IMG/VR virus record: IMGVR_UViG_3300040856_003054
Location: 1 to 64,000 of that record
Direction: 5' to 3' (one strand)
Origin: a virus
DNA: 64,000 nt
Position numbers and translations under genes: made by a program. Under the pieces are notes generated by a model that had not been told where the DNA came from, did no database searches, and saw nothing but the letters and a program-made list of their open reading frames with translations. Of the stretch, positions 8,283-17,623 are shown piece after piece (positions within the stretch are counted from its first letter, which is position 1; every line of letters begins with the position of its first letter).

Positions 8283-8994
8283 GAACTATACAGAATTTGA
8301 GTTTATGAAACCAGAAGTTAAACTCATCAGTGTTACACCCGATGCAGAGAAGCATATGGCTTACTGCGCAAGGGTGAGTAATCCTGCTAATCAAGAGAAT
8401 GAAAAGTTCTCTGGACTTCTTAAGTATTGTATCCAGCATCAACACTGGAGCATCTTTGAGCAAGCAACGATGACTGTAGAAATCAATACTACAAGAGGTA
8501 TTGCGGCTCAGATTTTGCGTCATAGGTCTTTCACATATCAAGAATTTTCACAACGATATGCTGATACCAATCTTCTAAACAAAACTATTCCTCTTCCTGA
8601 ATTGCGTCGTCAGGACGATAAGAATCGTCAGAATAGTATTGATGACATTCCTGCCTATTTGGCTCTGACACTAACAGAAGATATTCGCGTTCATTTTGAG
8701 AGCGCTCTGCGACTCTACAACCGACTTCTAGAGAAAGGTGTAGCAAAGGAGTGTGCAAGGTTTGTACTGCCTCTAGCGACCCCTACACGACTCTATATGA
8801 CCGGTTCTGTAAGGTCATGGATACACTACATCGATCTTCGCTCTGCACACGGGACTCAGAAGGAACACATGGAGATTGCAGAACTTGTTCGTTGTATCTT
8901 TACCTGTCAGTTTCCTGCGGTATCTGAAGCACTTGGTTGGACTCGTGAAGGGTGCTCTGAGTGTACTGACGCACCTTCTATTACTATCGAATAA
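8272..8994 (+). CDS. thyX: Flavin-dependent thymidylate synthase (alternative start 8305)
   Basis: HWSIFE, RHRSFTYQEFSQRY, ARFVLP. Confidence 0.97.
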   Translation: MTIENYTEFEFMKPEVKLISVTPDAEKHMAYCARVSNPANQENEKFSGLLKYCIQHQHWSIFEQATMTVEINTTRGIAAQILRHRSFTYQEFSQRYADTNLLNKTIPLPELRRQDDKNRQNSIDDIPAYLALTLTEDIRVHFESALRLYNRLLEKGVAKECARFVLPLATPTRLYMTGSVRSWIHYIDLRSAHGTQKEHMEIAELVRCIFTCQFPAVSEALGWTREGCSECTDAPSITIE

Positions 8995-9022
8995 ATATCT
9001 GCATATAGAATGGAGGTTTAAA

Positions 9023-9271
9023 TTGCCCACGTATCCTGTAGTTAATAAAGCAACTGGTGAACAGAAAGAAGTTAAAATGAGTGTCCTTGATTGGGATCAA
9101 TGGAAACAAGACAATCCACAATGGGAAAGAGATTGGTCTGATCCATCAACTTGTCCTTCATCCGCAGAAGTCGGTGAAGTTTATGACCGACTTCGTAAAA
9201 CTCATCCAGGTTGGAATGATGTTCTTCATAAAGCATCAAAAGCACCCGGTTCAAAAGTAAAACCAGTTTGA
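9023..9271 (+). CDS. FmdB-like small protein
   Basis: TTG start after GGAGG; MPTYP..TGE..GWNDVL; usual position upstream of phoH. Confidence 0.7.
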   Translation: MPTYPVVNKATGEQKEVKMSVLDWDQWKQDNPQWERDWSDPSTCPSSAEVGEVYDRLRKTHPGWNDVLHKASKAPGSKVKPV

Positions 9272-9277
9272 TAAATT

Positions 9278-10036
9278 ATGCCCTCTAAGAAAAGAAACAC
9301 TCCTCAAAATCCTGTTCCTTTTGGAATGAGTAATCGTCAGATGAAGAGGAAGAAGCCAATTAATCTTGACTTGATGAGGACAGTTGAACCTCTGACAGAT
9401 AACCAAGAATTGCTATTCAAATCTTATAAGAAAGATCAGAATATCGTTGCATATGGTGCCGCTGGTACAGGTAAAACTTTCATCACTCTTTACAATGCAC
9501 TAAGAGATGTACTTGACGAAAAATCTCCTTACGAAAAAATTTATATTGTAAGGTCTCTTGTTGCAACTCGTGAGATTGGTTTTCTTCCTGGAGACCATGA
9601 GGATAAGTCCTCTCTTTATCAGATTCCATATAAGAATATGGTAAAGTATATGTTTGAGATGCCTGATGACTCTGCATTTGAGATGCTTTATGGTAATCTT
9701 AAAACTCAGGGAACAATTAGTTTTTGGAGTACTTCTTTCATTCGTGGTACAACTCTTGACAATTGCATTATTATTGTCGATGAGTTTCAGAATCTAAATT
9801 TCCACGAACTTGATTCTATTATCACTCGTGTTGGTGAAGATTCTAAGATTATGTTCTGTGGTGACGCGACACAATCTGACCTAGTGAAAACCGCAGAAAA
9901 GAATGGTATTATTGATTTTATGCGAATTCTAAATGTTATGCCCTCCGTGGATGTAATTGAATTTGGTGTTGATGATATTGTTCGTTCAGGTCTCTGTAAG
10001 GAATATCTAATTGCAAAATCGGAATTGAATCTATGA
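9278..10036 (+). CDS. phoH: PhoH family ATPase
   Basis: GAAGTGKT, IGFLPG, RGTT, DEFQN, GDATQSD. Confidence 0.97.
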   Translation: MPSKKRNTPQNPVPFGMSNRQMKRKKPINLDLMRTVEPLTDNQELLFKSYKKDQNIVAYGAAGTGKTFITLYNALRDVLDEKSPYEKIYIVRSLVATREIGFLPGDHEDKSSLYQIPYKNMVKYMFEMPDDSAFEMLYGNLKTQGTISFWSTSFIRGTTLDNCIIIVDEFQNLNFHELDSIITRVGEDSKIMFCGDATQSDLVKTAEKNGIIDFMRILNVMPSVDVIEFGVDDIVRSGLCKEYLIAKSELNL

Positions 10037-10713
10037 CATTTGTTCATCATAATTTTTTAGGTGATATTGAACTAGAATGTAAAACAACAGAAAGCATCCG
10101 TCTCTATAACATTCCTAATGGAGATTGGGTGCCTTCTATTACTTCAGTTACTTCATTTTACAATCGTCAGATTTTTGTAAAGTGGAGAGAAAGAGTAGGA
10201 CTTGAAGAAGCAAATCGTATTACAAAAAGAGCAACAGCAAGAGGAACTGATTTTCACCAGGTATGTCAGGACTATCTTGAAAATAAAGAGTTGAACTGGG
10301 ATGATTATCAACTCCTGACAAAACACATGTTTCATCATGCAAAACCATATCTCGATAAGATAAATAATATTCATGCAATTGAAAGAACTCTTTATTCAGA
10401 ATATCTTGGACTAGCAGGTAGAGTAGATTGCATTGCAGAATACGAAGGTGAACTTGCTGTTATTGACTTTAAGACATCAGAAAAAATTAAACCAGAAGCA
10501 TGGATTGAAAATTACTTTGTTCAAGAAACATTCTATGCAGCTGCATATTATGAACTGACTGGTAAGGTAGTTAAAAAACTCATCACATTAATGGTTACTC
10601 CAGGTGGAGAAGTCAAAGTATTTGACAAAAGAAACAAAGACGACTATATTAGATTATTAGTTCGTTATATCAAAGAATTTGTACATCACAATACTGGGTC
10701 AAATGGAGAATGA
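10033..10713 (+). CDS. PD-(D/E)XK exonuclease
   Basis: PSITSV, RGTDFH, AGRVDCIAE..IDFKTS. Confidence 0.9.
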   Translation: MTFVHHNFLGDIELECKTTESIRLYNIPNGDWVPSITSVTSFYNRQIFVKWRERVGLEEANRITKRATARGTDFHQVCQDYLENKELNWDDYQLLTKHMFHHAKPYLDKINNIHAIERTLYSEYLGLAGRVDCIAEYEGELAVIDFKTSEKIKPEAWIENYFVQETFYAAAYYELTGKVVKKLITLMVTPGGEVKVFDKRNKDDYIRLLVRYIKEFVHHNTGSNGE

Positions 10714-10960
10714 GTTAGAGAAAGTACTTGAAAGTAAATTCTTTTGTCCTTCCAGGTTTGCACAAGAGATTGAATCTTTAGTACAAACAAATGAAGATAT
10801 GAACTACATCGATGCGATTGTTCATTTCTGTGAAAAGAACAACATCGATGTAGAATCTGTTCCTAAACTTATTTCAAAACCACTGAAGGAAAAGATTAAA
10901 TATGAGGCAATGGAACTTAACTTTCTAAAGAAAACTTCCCGTGCTAAATTGATTTTTTAA
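10703..10960 (+). CDS. gp33: Late transcription coactivator gp33
   Basis: YIDAIVHFCE..LKEKIKYEAMELNFL; synteny with gp59 and gp32. Confidence 0.9.
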   Translation: MENELEKVLESKFFCPSRFAQEIESLVQTNEDMNYIDAIVHFCEKNNIDVESVPKLISKPLKEKIKYEAMELNFLKKTSRAKLIF

Positions 10961-11557
10961 ATGATGCCAGTAGATGCTTATAGACAGTATCTTGCACTGA
11001 AGAATCACTTTACTAAAGATAGTTACGATTATCATAAGTATTGTGGTAAGAGTCGTGCTACAGTCCAATCTTTCTACAAACGGAAAGATAGATTCTGGTT
11101 CGAAAAAGTAGCAAGACAAAAATCAGATCAAGAGATTGTTGAATTCTTTGTTGCAAATTTTGTATCCTGTCCCGATCCAGAAACACTCTGGATTGGCGAA
11201 ATGATTAAAGAAGGAGAGGAGAGATACACGAACTGGAAGAGAAAGGTTCAATCGCTCTCTTATGTTTTTAAAGAAGAATCAGAGGAACTCTTCGGTCAAA
11301 CTAAAGTAGACGAAGTATTTCAGTGTTCAAAAGGTCATCCTTTGATTCTTAAAAAGTTCCTGAGCGGTAAAATTAGCTTGGAAACTATGGTCATTTACAA
11401 TAGAATATTCCTGTTCGGGAATGACTATGACCAAAAATTACAAGACCCGGTGTGGCAAACCGTCAGTCGTAAAATTAGAAAGTACAATCCTTTTCTAAAT
11501 ATTGATGTATTCCGTTATCGTAAAATTCTAAAAGAAATTATTCTAGGAGATGCATGA
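10961..11557 (+). CDS. gp59: Helicase loader gp59
   Basis: YLALKNHF..YDYHKY..FYKRKDRFWF. Confidence 0.92.
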   Translation: MMPVDAYRQYLALKNHFTKDSYDYHKYCGKSRATVQSFYKRKDRFWFEKVARQKSDQEIVEFFVANFVSCPDPETLWIGEMIKEGEERYTNWKRKVQSLSYVFKEESEELFGQTKVDEVFQCSKGHPLILKKFLSGKISLETMVIYNRIFLFGNDYDQKLQDPVWQTVSRKIRKYNPFLNIDVFRYRKILKEIILGDA

Positions 11558-11898
11558 GTTTCTTTAAATCTGAAGTCGTCCGTGCAGAGATGACTGAAAT
11601 CTCAGAAATGCAAGAACAAATTTATAAAAATGTTTTTGATTTTCCTCGTATGACTAAAGAGGAAAAGATGTTTCATGTAAATCTTCTTGGACAACTTTTA
11701 GAAAAACAAAAAGTGCTTTATACTCGCCTGAGTTTATCAGATGATCCTGAAGCACAAGAAATGAAAAAACGTATTGCTGAATCAGCGTCAATGATGGGTC
11801 TTCCATCAAACGTTGATATGAATGTGATTTTTAACAACATGAGCAAGATGCTTGAAGCAATGCGCGAAAGGATTGACGAAACAGGTTCAGACCTGTAG
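11554..11898 (+). CDS. Conserved cyanophage protein (DUF1825-like)
   Basis: MSFFKSEVVR..RLSLSDDPEA. Confidence 0.75.
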   Translation: MSFFKSEVVRAEMTEISEMQEQIYKNVFDFPRMTKEEKMFHVNLLGQLLEKQKVLYTRLSLSDDPEAQEMKKRIAESASMMGLPSNVDMNVIFNNMSKMLEAMRERIDETGSDL

Positions 11899-11948
11899 AA
11901 TAACGAGGTACACACAAGCCAAATCCGTACAAATACGAGGTAATCCGA

Positions 11949-12893
11949 ATGTCTTTTAACGATCTTAAAAAGCAATCTTCTCTTGGTTCGCTCACTGCAA
12001 AACTGGTAAAAGAAGTAGAGAAGATGAGTACAACTTCTGGTAGCGCAGATGAGCGTCTCTGGAAACCTGAAATGGACAAAACTGGTAACGGTTTTGCAGT
12101 GATTCGCTTCCTTCCTGCACCAGAAGGTGAAGAACTTCCCTGGGCAAAACTCTATACTCATGCCTTCCAAGGTCCTGGTGGTTGGTACATTGAAAACTCT
12201 CTGACCACTCTTGGTCAGAAAGATCCTGTGTCCGAGCACAACCGCGAACTCTGGAATAGTGGTCATGATGCAGACAAAGAAACTGTTCGTAAGCAGAAGC
12301 GTAAACTGTCTTACTACTCTAACATCTATGTTGTAAAGGATCCCACTAATCCTCAAAACGAAGGTAAGGTTTTCCTGTTCAAGTATGGTAAGAAGATCTT
12401 TGATAAGATCATGGAAGCAATGCAACCTGAGTTTGAGGATGAAACTCCTATTAATCCTTTTGACTTCTGGCAGGGTGCTAACTTTAAACTCAAAATCGTA
12501 AAGAAAGATGGGTATTGGAACTACGACAAGTCAGAATTTGACCGCGTTGCACCACTCCTGGATGATGATGATGCTCTTGAAGCCGTCTGGAAGAAGCAAT
12601 ACTCGCTCGCAGCGGTAACTGCTCCAGATCAATTCAAGTCCTATGAAGATCTTGAGAAGCGTCTGAAAATGGTTCTAGGTCAGAAGAGTGCTCGTGCTGC
12701 AGTTCAGGAGCAAGAGGAACAGTATGAATCCTATGTTCAAACTCCTTCTAAAGAAGAGAATGTGATTGCTGAACTGGAACAATCCTTTGCTCGCTCTAAG
12801 TCACCTTCACCTTCACTTCCTGTAGTCAACAAGCAAGTTGATGAAGATGAAGATGACGCACTCTCATACTTTCAACGTCTAGCAGAAGAGTGA
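11949..12893 (+). CDS. gp32: Single-stranded DNA-binding protein gp32
   Basis: DERLWKP, GFAVIRFLP, WYIENSLTT, GANFKLK, acidic tail. Confidence 0.98.
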   Translation: MSFNDLKKQSSLGSLTAKLVKEVEKMSTTSGSADERLWKPEMDKTGNGFAVIRFLPAPEGEELPWAKLYTHAFQGPGGWYIENSLTTLGQKDPVSEHNRELWNSGHDADKETVRKQKRKLSYYSNIYVVKDPTNPQNEGKVFLFKYGKKIFDKIMEAMQPEFEDETPINPFDFWQGANFKLKIVKKDGYWNYDKSEFDRVAPLLDDDDALEAVWKKQYSLAAVTAPDQFKSYEDLEKRLKMVLGQKSARAAVQEQEEQYESYVQTPSKEENVIAELEQSFARSKSPSPSLPVVNKQVDEDEDDALSYFQRLAEE

Positions 12894-13565
12894 TTATTGG
12901 AATAATCTAATATTATCTCCTCTCTTCAAGGTAGCATTCACATATTGAGTGCTACCTTTTTTATATGGCATAATATCTTCTAGGTCATTGAAGATAACAT
13001 TTAGATATGTTGGTTTCAGAATGAATATGTTTCTCTTATTATCTTGAATTTTTTCTTCATAATCATAGTTAGTTACTTCAACAGTAATGTTTGTATTGGA
13101 TACTGTCTGACCAGTGTTTGAATCGAAGTAAGAGATGCTATAGTCAGATGGAACAGTGAGACCTGCAGGAACTACTATAGCACCATCAGATGTTTTGACC
13201 TGAATAGTTTCATAGTGATGAACTTGATTTAGAACTTCCTCTGAACCATACTTATCAATTAAGTAATTGTAGAATGCTTGTTGACTTAATGGCCATTCTG
13301 TTTGAACATTGATAATGTTATTGGAAAGTAAAATAATCCAATCTAGTGTTGAATCATTATAGAACTTATATGCAACACTATCTGGTCTTTCATTGCCAAG
13401 AATAGAATACTTGGTAAAGAAACTTAAATCAGAAAAAATATCATCACGAAGTTTTGCTCTCTTGAAAAGATTTTTTACTTCTGTGTAGTTTGATATAGTT
13501 TGATCTCCTGTAGACCTATCAACATATTGGAAGTTAGGAACTTGTCTGAAATAAGGTTTTGTCAT
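12894..13565 (-). CDS. gp53: Baseplate wedge protein gp53
   Basis: YFRQVPN, ERPDSVAYKFY, WIILLSNNI..EWP. Confidence 0.85.
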   Translation of the reverse strand: MTKPYFRQVPNFQYVDRSTGDQTISNYTEVKNLFKRAKLRDDIFSDLSFFTKYSILGNERPDSVAYKFYNDSTLDWIILLSNNIINVQTEWPLSQQAFYNYLIDKYGSEEVLNQVHHYETIQVKTSDGAIVVPAGLTVPSDYSISYFDSNTGQTVSNTNITVEVTNYDYEEKIQDNKRNIFILKPTYLNVIFNDLEDIMPYKKGSTQYVNATLKRGDNIRLFQ

Positions 13566-13566
13566 C

Positions 13567-14892
13567 TTAGTAATCCATTGTTTCTGACTCAAGATCTTGA
13601 GAAATATCTTCATTGTATATTGGTTCTAGTTCATCAAACTGCATGTCAACTGTATATGATGTCATTGAACCATCTTGATATGTCATATAACTTCCGTCTG
13701 GTGCATAGTTTACATTAAATCCAGTTAATGCACATGGTTTTAATTTATTTAAGAAAGGGTGATCACCTCCACCATTGTAGATATATCTTATCTGATAAAC
13801 CGCAGGAACTCCTAAAAATAGAGATCCTGCGGTTTTTCTTGGAGCCATTGTTTTCTTTAATACTTTAATTATTCTTCTTATCTCTTTTGCTTCTTCTTCA
13901 TCTCTAGGTGTGAATGTATAGTTGTATCTAAAACTTCTAAGTTTTGGTCCTTGGAAAAGAAGTTCTAGATTTGGATTAAGAACTATACCAGATCTACCAA
14001 GAAAATTTGCACTAACTGCTTGACCAGCAAAATAAATTGCAGCAGCATTTGCTAGTTGTGAATCATTTAAAACTGTTTGGGCCGCATTGATTATATTTGA
14101 AGCTGCTTCTCTCATTCCAGAAAGTGGATTTGATGCAATGGCATTAATTGAATTTGCAGCTGCTTGTCCAAATGCCATTTGAATAGGATTTAGTTCATCG
14201 GAACCCCATCCAATAGAATTGGTTTCTGATATACTTGTGGACATTGGAAGATAAATGGTTGGATATGATCTAGTATCTTTTATCCTTTCAGTAACAGATG
14301 GTACTTGAGTTGTTGGATCACGACCGATATTAAAACCTGCAACATATTCTACAGGTTGAATTTGCATATAATCATATTGCTCAGAACTTTGATTAAGAGG
14401 ATATCTCAATAGTGGTTTAGTATCTGAATAAAATCCTTGTTTTTCTGTTATTTTTGTAAGTTCTTCTGCAGAGAAAGGAACAACAGTTGCACCACTTGGA
14501 TCTGTTCCAACTTGTGGAGGAACTCCATCCTGTATAGGTTGCGGTGTTGATGCTAAGTTGGTTCCTAAAATTTCATTTACTTTTACATTTCCAGAATCAT
14601 TTGGTTCTCCAATACCTCTTCTAAGAACTGGAATTGCTTGTTCTGTTATAATTTTATTTTTGTTTGATGAGATGAATTGAATTTCTTCTCTACTAGCATT
14701 TCCTGTATTATTAAAGTTTCCTTTTTTAGGTATTTCTCCTATGTTTGTGATTTGATTATCTTTTGTTTTTCTAAAAATAGTTGTTATTCCAGTATCAGTT
14801 ACTGTAACATAGTAACCACTTACATTTTTGACAGAATTGTTTGGAATATTTAACGGAAAATATTGTGGATTTGCGTCTTGATAAGTAACCAT
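13567..14892 (-). CDS. gp48: Baseplate tail-tube cap gp48
   Basis: NPNLELLFQGPKLRSF, CALTGFNVNYAPDG, FDELEPI. Confidence 0.85.
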   Translation of the reverse strand: MVTYQDANPQYFPLNIPNNSVKNVSGYYVTVTDTGITTIFRKTKDNQITNIGEIPKKGNFNNTGNASREEIQFISSNKNKIITEQAIPVLRRGIGEPNDSGNVKVNEILGTNLASTPQPIQDGVPPQVGTDPSGATVVPFSAEELTKITEKQGFYSDTKPLLRYPLNQSSEQYDYMQIQPVEYVAGFNIGRDPTTQVPSVTERIKDTRSYPTIYLPMSTSISETNSIGWGSDELNPIQMAFGQAAANSINAIASNPLSGMREAASNIINAAQTVLNDSQLANAAAIYFAGQAVSANFLGRSGIVLNPNLELLFQGPKLRSFRYNYTFTPRDEEEAKEIRRIIKVLKKTMAPRKTAGSLFLGVPAVYQIRYIYNGGGDHPFLNKLKPCALTGFNVNYAPDGSYMTYQDGSMTSYTVDMQFDELEPIYNEDISQDLESETMDY

Positions 14893-14979
14893 CAGAAATC
14901 CTCCTTAACTACAAGAGGATTGAGTATCTCAATTTTTTGTAGAGTATGAGACATTTATAGTTCTTTTTTATTTATTTAG

Positions 14980-15363
14980 TTAGGGTTTCTTCAAGAACCT
15001 GGCATATGGAACAGAACGTAAGTAGTCAATCTCATTGTTCTTTATAATATGCAATGGTCCTGCTACCTCTTGCCATGTATAATTTCTTACAGTTCCCCAG
15101 TGAAAGTTTAATCCTTTAAATCCCCATCTTTGAATATCAATACATGCAATCAATGGGTGAACATCAAAAGTGATTCCTGGTGTCTTTGCAAGATATATGA
15201 AGGTATAATATTTTCCAACGTCTGGTATGAATTCAGTTTCACGAAACACATCTAAAATTTCCATCATGATAGAATCTGGATCAGTAAGACCTCTGACTCT
15301 TCTTTTAAGTTGATTCACTCTTGATGAAGAAGATCTAATATCCTTACCAAAACCTTCTGCCAT
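14980..15363 (-). CDS. DNA end protector gp2-like protein
   Basis: GKYYTFIY..HPLI..GFKGLNFHW; adjacent to gp4. Confidence 0.6.
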   Translation of the reverse strand: MAEGFGKDIRSSSSRVNQLKRRVRGLTDPDSIMMEILDVFRETEFIPDVGKYYTFIYLAKTPGITFDVHPLIACIDIQRWGFKGLNFHWGTVRNYTWQEVAGPLHIIKNNEIDYLRSVPYARFLKKP

Positions 15364-15815
15364 TATTTGATACCTAATTCAGATTCGGTTATCACACGAA
15401 AACCTATCATGCGGTCGTCACACCATTCTTGAATTGATTTCCATTTTGCTTGATTCACCATATAAGTTTTCATTTCATTTAGGTATGTTTGTTTTCTTTT
15501 GTTTCCTTTTACTGGAGGTATAGTTTGTTTTTTTGGTTTTATTTCTATAATATATTTTCTTACTTTATTATCATTTTCCAATACCTCAATAATAAAATCT
15601 GGAAAATATCTACAAACTTTATTTTTCACTGGATTGAAATATGGAACAAAAAATTCCTCCGAACCATATCTCAATACACTCGGTGTTCTATCACACCATC
15701 TCATAAACTTTAATTCCCAAGAACTTCTGTATACTATATTTCGCGGATTTCCAATATATTTTTCTGGATTTTGTGGATGGAAAAACCCTTGATGATACTT
15801 TGAATCACGCGGCAT
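15363..15815 (-). CDS. gp4: Head completion nuclease gp4
   Basis: YRSSWELKFMRWCD, RYFPDF, EIKP, NQAKW. Confidence 0.93.
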   Translation of the reverse strand: MPRDSKYHQGFFHPQNPEKYIGNPRNIVYRSSWELKFMRWCDRTPSVLRYGSEEFFVPYFNPVKNKVCRYFPDFIIEVLENDNKVRKYIIEIKPKKQTIPPVKGNKRKQTYLNEMKTYMVNQAKWKSIQEWCDDRMIGFRVITESELGIK

Positions 15816-15866
15816 TTTTTTCTCCCATATCCTTACTACATAATATATAAGCAAAAATATTTATAA

Positions 15867-16685
15867 ATGGCAGGTCCATCTCCAAATACGCTTTCGGTTA
15901 GTGAACTTAAGAGTAGAGTTTTAAACCTCGCTCAAACTTCAGTATACCTTGTAAAATTAGGACCTTCTCCTGGGTTGCCGTCTTTCGGTGATTTTAGAGG
16001 AGTTACTAGTGGAGATATTTCCAATCTGGAACTTTTGTGCTCAGAAACAAATCTTCCGGGTTCATCATTAGCAACTCATGATGTAACCAATGATTATCCT
16101 GGAGTAACTGAAAAGTTTGCCTATAGGAGAATATATGATGACACTATTGATTTTACTTTTTATGTAGATAGTGAATACAAAGTAATTGAATATCTAGATA
16201 CTTGGATTAATTATATTACTGGACAAGGAAGCACATTTAGTACCACAGAATATGTTGATAGAACTCGTTATTATAGGATGAATTATCCTAGAAGTTATAA
16301 GACAGACAATCTCTATATCACAAAATTTGAGAAGGATAATAAAAATTCAATGACTTATCAGTTTATTGGTGCATTTCCTATAAACATAATTTCATCTCCT
16401 ATATCATATGAAGCAAGTGGTATTTTAAAATGCACAGTTTCATTTTCCTATATGAGATATGTTAGAACTAGATCTATTACATCAAATCCGACATTATTAC
16501 AAAATCCAAATTCTCCTGGAAATCCCAATATTCCTTTTTTAAATACTCTTTCAGAAAGAAATACAATAACCAACCAATCTACCTCATCTGATGAAATAGT
16601 TGACTATTCTGTATTTCAACCACAAAGAGTTGAAGCTGGACTTCCCTATGTTGGTAGAAACATTGGACCAATTGCTCCATTTTAG
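15867..16685 (+). CDS. Tail tube/baseplate initiator (gp54/gp19-like)
   Basis: LCSETNLPG, FTFYVD, GAFPINI..VSFSY. Confidence 0.75.
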   Translation: MAGPSPNTLSVSELKSRVLNLAQTSVYLVKLGPSPGLPSFGDFRGVTSGDISNLELLCSETNLPGSSLATHDVTNDYPGVTEKFAYRRIYDDTIDFTFYVDSEYKVIEYLDTWINYITGQGSTFSTTEYVDRTRYYRMNYPRSYKTDNLYITKFEKDNKNSMTYQFIGAFPINIISSPISYEASGILKCTVSFSYMRYVRTRSITSNPTLLQNPNSPGNPNIPFLNTLSERNTITNQSTSSDEIVDYSVFQPQRVEAGLPYVGRNIGPIAPF

Positions 16686-16727
16686 ATACTAAAATAAATA
16701 ATAATACTGAAACTTCTATAGGACATT

Positions 16728-17447
16728 ATGCCTTTACCAACTATTGCGACTCCGACTTATGAACTTGAGTTGCCTTCATCTGGACAAACGATTAAGTATA
16801 GACCTTTCCTAGTAAAAGAGGAAAAACTTTTAGTTCTTGCGTTGGAAAGTGAAAGTACAAAAGATATATCCAACGCAATTAAAACTGTACTAAAAAATTG
16901 TATTCAAACAAAAGGTATTAAAGTTGAAACACTTCCTACTTTTGATATTGAATATCTATTCTTAAATATTCGCGGCAAATCCGTTGGAGAAGAAATAGAA
17001 GTTAATATTATTGCACCTGATGATAGTGAAACGACCATTCCTGTAAAAATTAATATTGATGATATAAAAGTTCAGACGAAAGAAAATCATAGTAAACAAA
17101 TTAAACTAGATGATCATTTAATGATGGAAATGAAATATCCATCACTTGAGCAATTTATCAAGAGTAATTTTGACTTTTCTGGTGATTCTGGATTGGATCA
17201 ATCTTTCGAATTGATTGCTACATGTATTGACAAAATTTATAATGAAGAGGAAGTTTGGACAACTGCCGATTGTACAAAAAAAGAAATAATAGAATTTTTG
17301 GAGCAGATGAATAGTTTGCAGTTTAAACAAATAGAGCATTTTTTTGAAACAATGCCAAAACTTTCTCATGAAGTCGAACTTACAAATCCAAAAACTAAAG
17401 TAAAAAGTAATGTAGTTTTGGAGGGATTATCCAGTTTTTTCGGATAG
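16728..17447 (+). CDS. gp26: Baseplate hub assembly protein gp26
   Basis: MPLP..YRPFLVKEEK, FDIEYLFLNIRGKSVGE, FFETMP. Confidence 0.92.
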   Translation: MPLPTIATPTYELELPSSGQTIKYRPFLVKEEKLLVLALESESTKDISNAIKTVLKNCIQTKGIKVETLPTFDIEYLFLNIRGKSVGEEIEVNIIAPDDSETTIPVKINIDDIKVQTKENHSKQIKLDDHLMMEMKYPSLEQFIKSNFDFSGDSGLDQSFELIATCIDKIYNEEEVWTTADCTKKEIIEFLEQMNSLQFKQIEHFFETMPKLSHEVELTNPKTKVKSNVVLEGLSSFFG

Positions 17448-17449
17448 GT

Positions 17450-17623
17450 ATGGTCCATATGGACCTTGAGAGTTTTTATAAAATTAATTTTGCTTTGATG
17501 CAGTTCCATAAATATTCATTAACAGAGATTGAAAATATGATACCTTGGGAGAGAGATGTTTATGTTTCTCTACTTCAGCAACATTTAGAAGAAGAAAAAT
17601 TAAAACAACAGCAAAATGGATGA
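17450..17623 (+). CDS. gp51: Baseplate hub assembly catalyst gp51
   Basis: Manual translation: NFALMQFHKYSLTEIENMIPWERDVY. Confidence 0.88.
   Translation: MVHMDLESFYKINFALMQFHKYSLTEIENMIPWERDVYVSLLQQHLEEEKLKQQQNG

Noticed and set aside
10033-10713. Cas4-like nuclease as part of a CRISPR system
   Set aside because: Core T4-like exonuclease in the usual phoH-exo-gp33-gp59 context.
11718-12425. 235-aa minus-strand ORF
   Set aside because: Antisense shadow of gp32.
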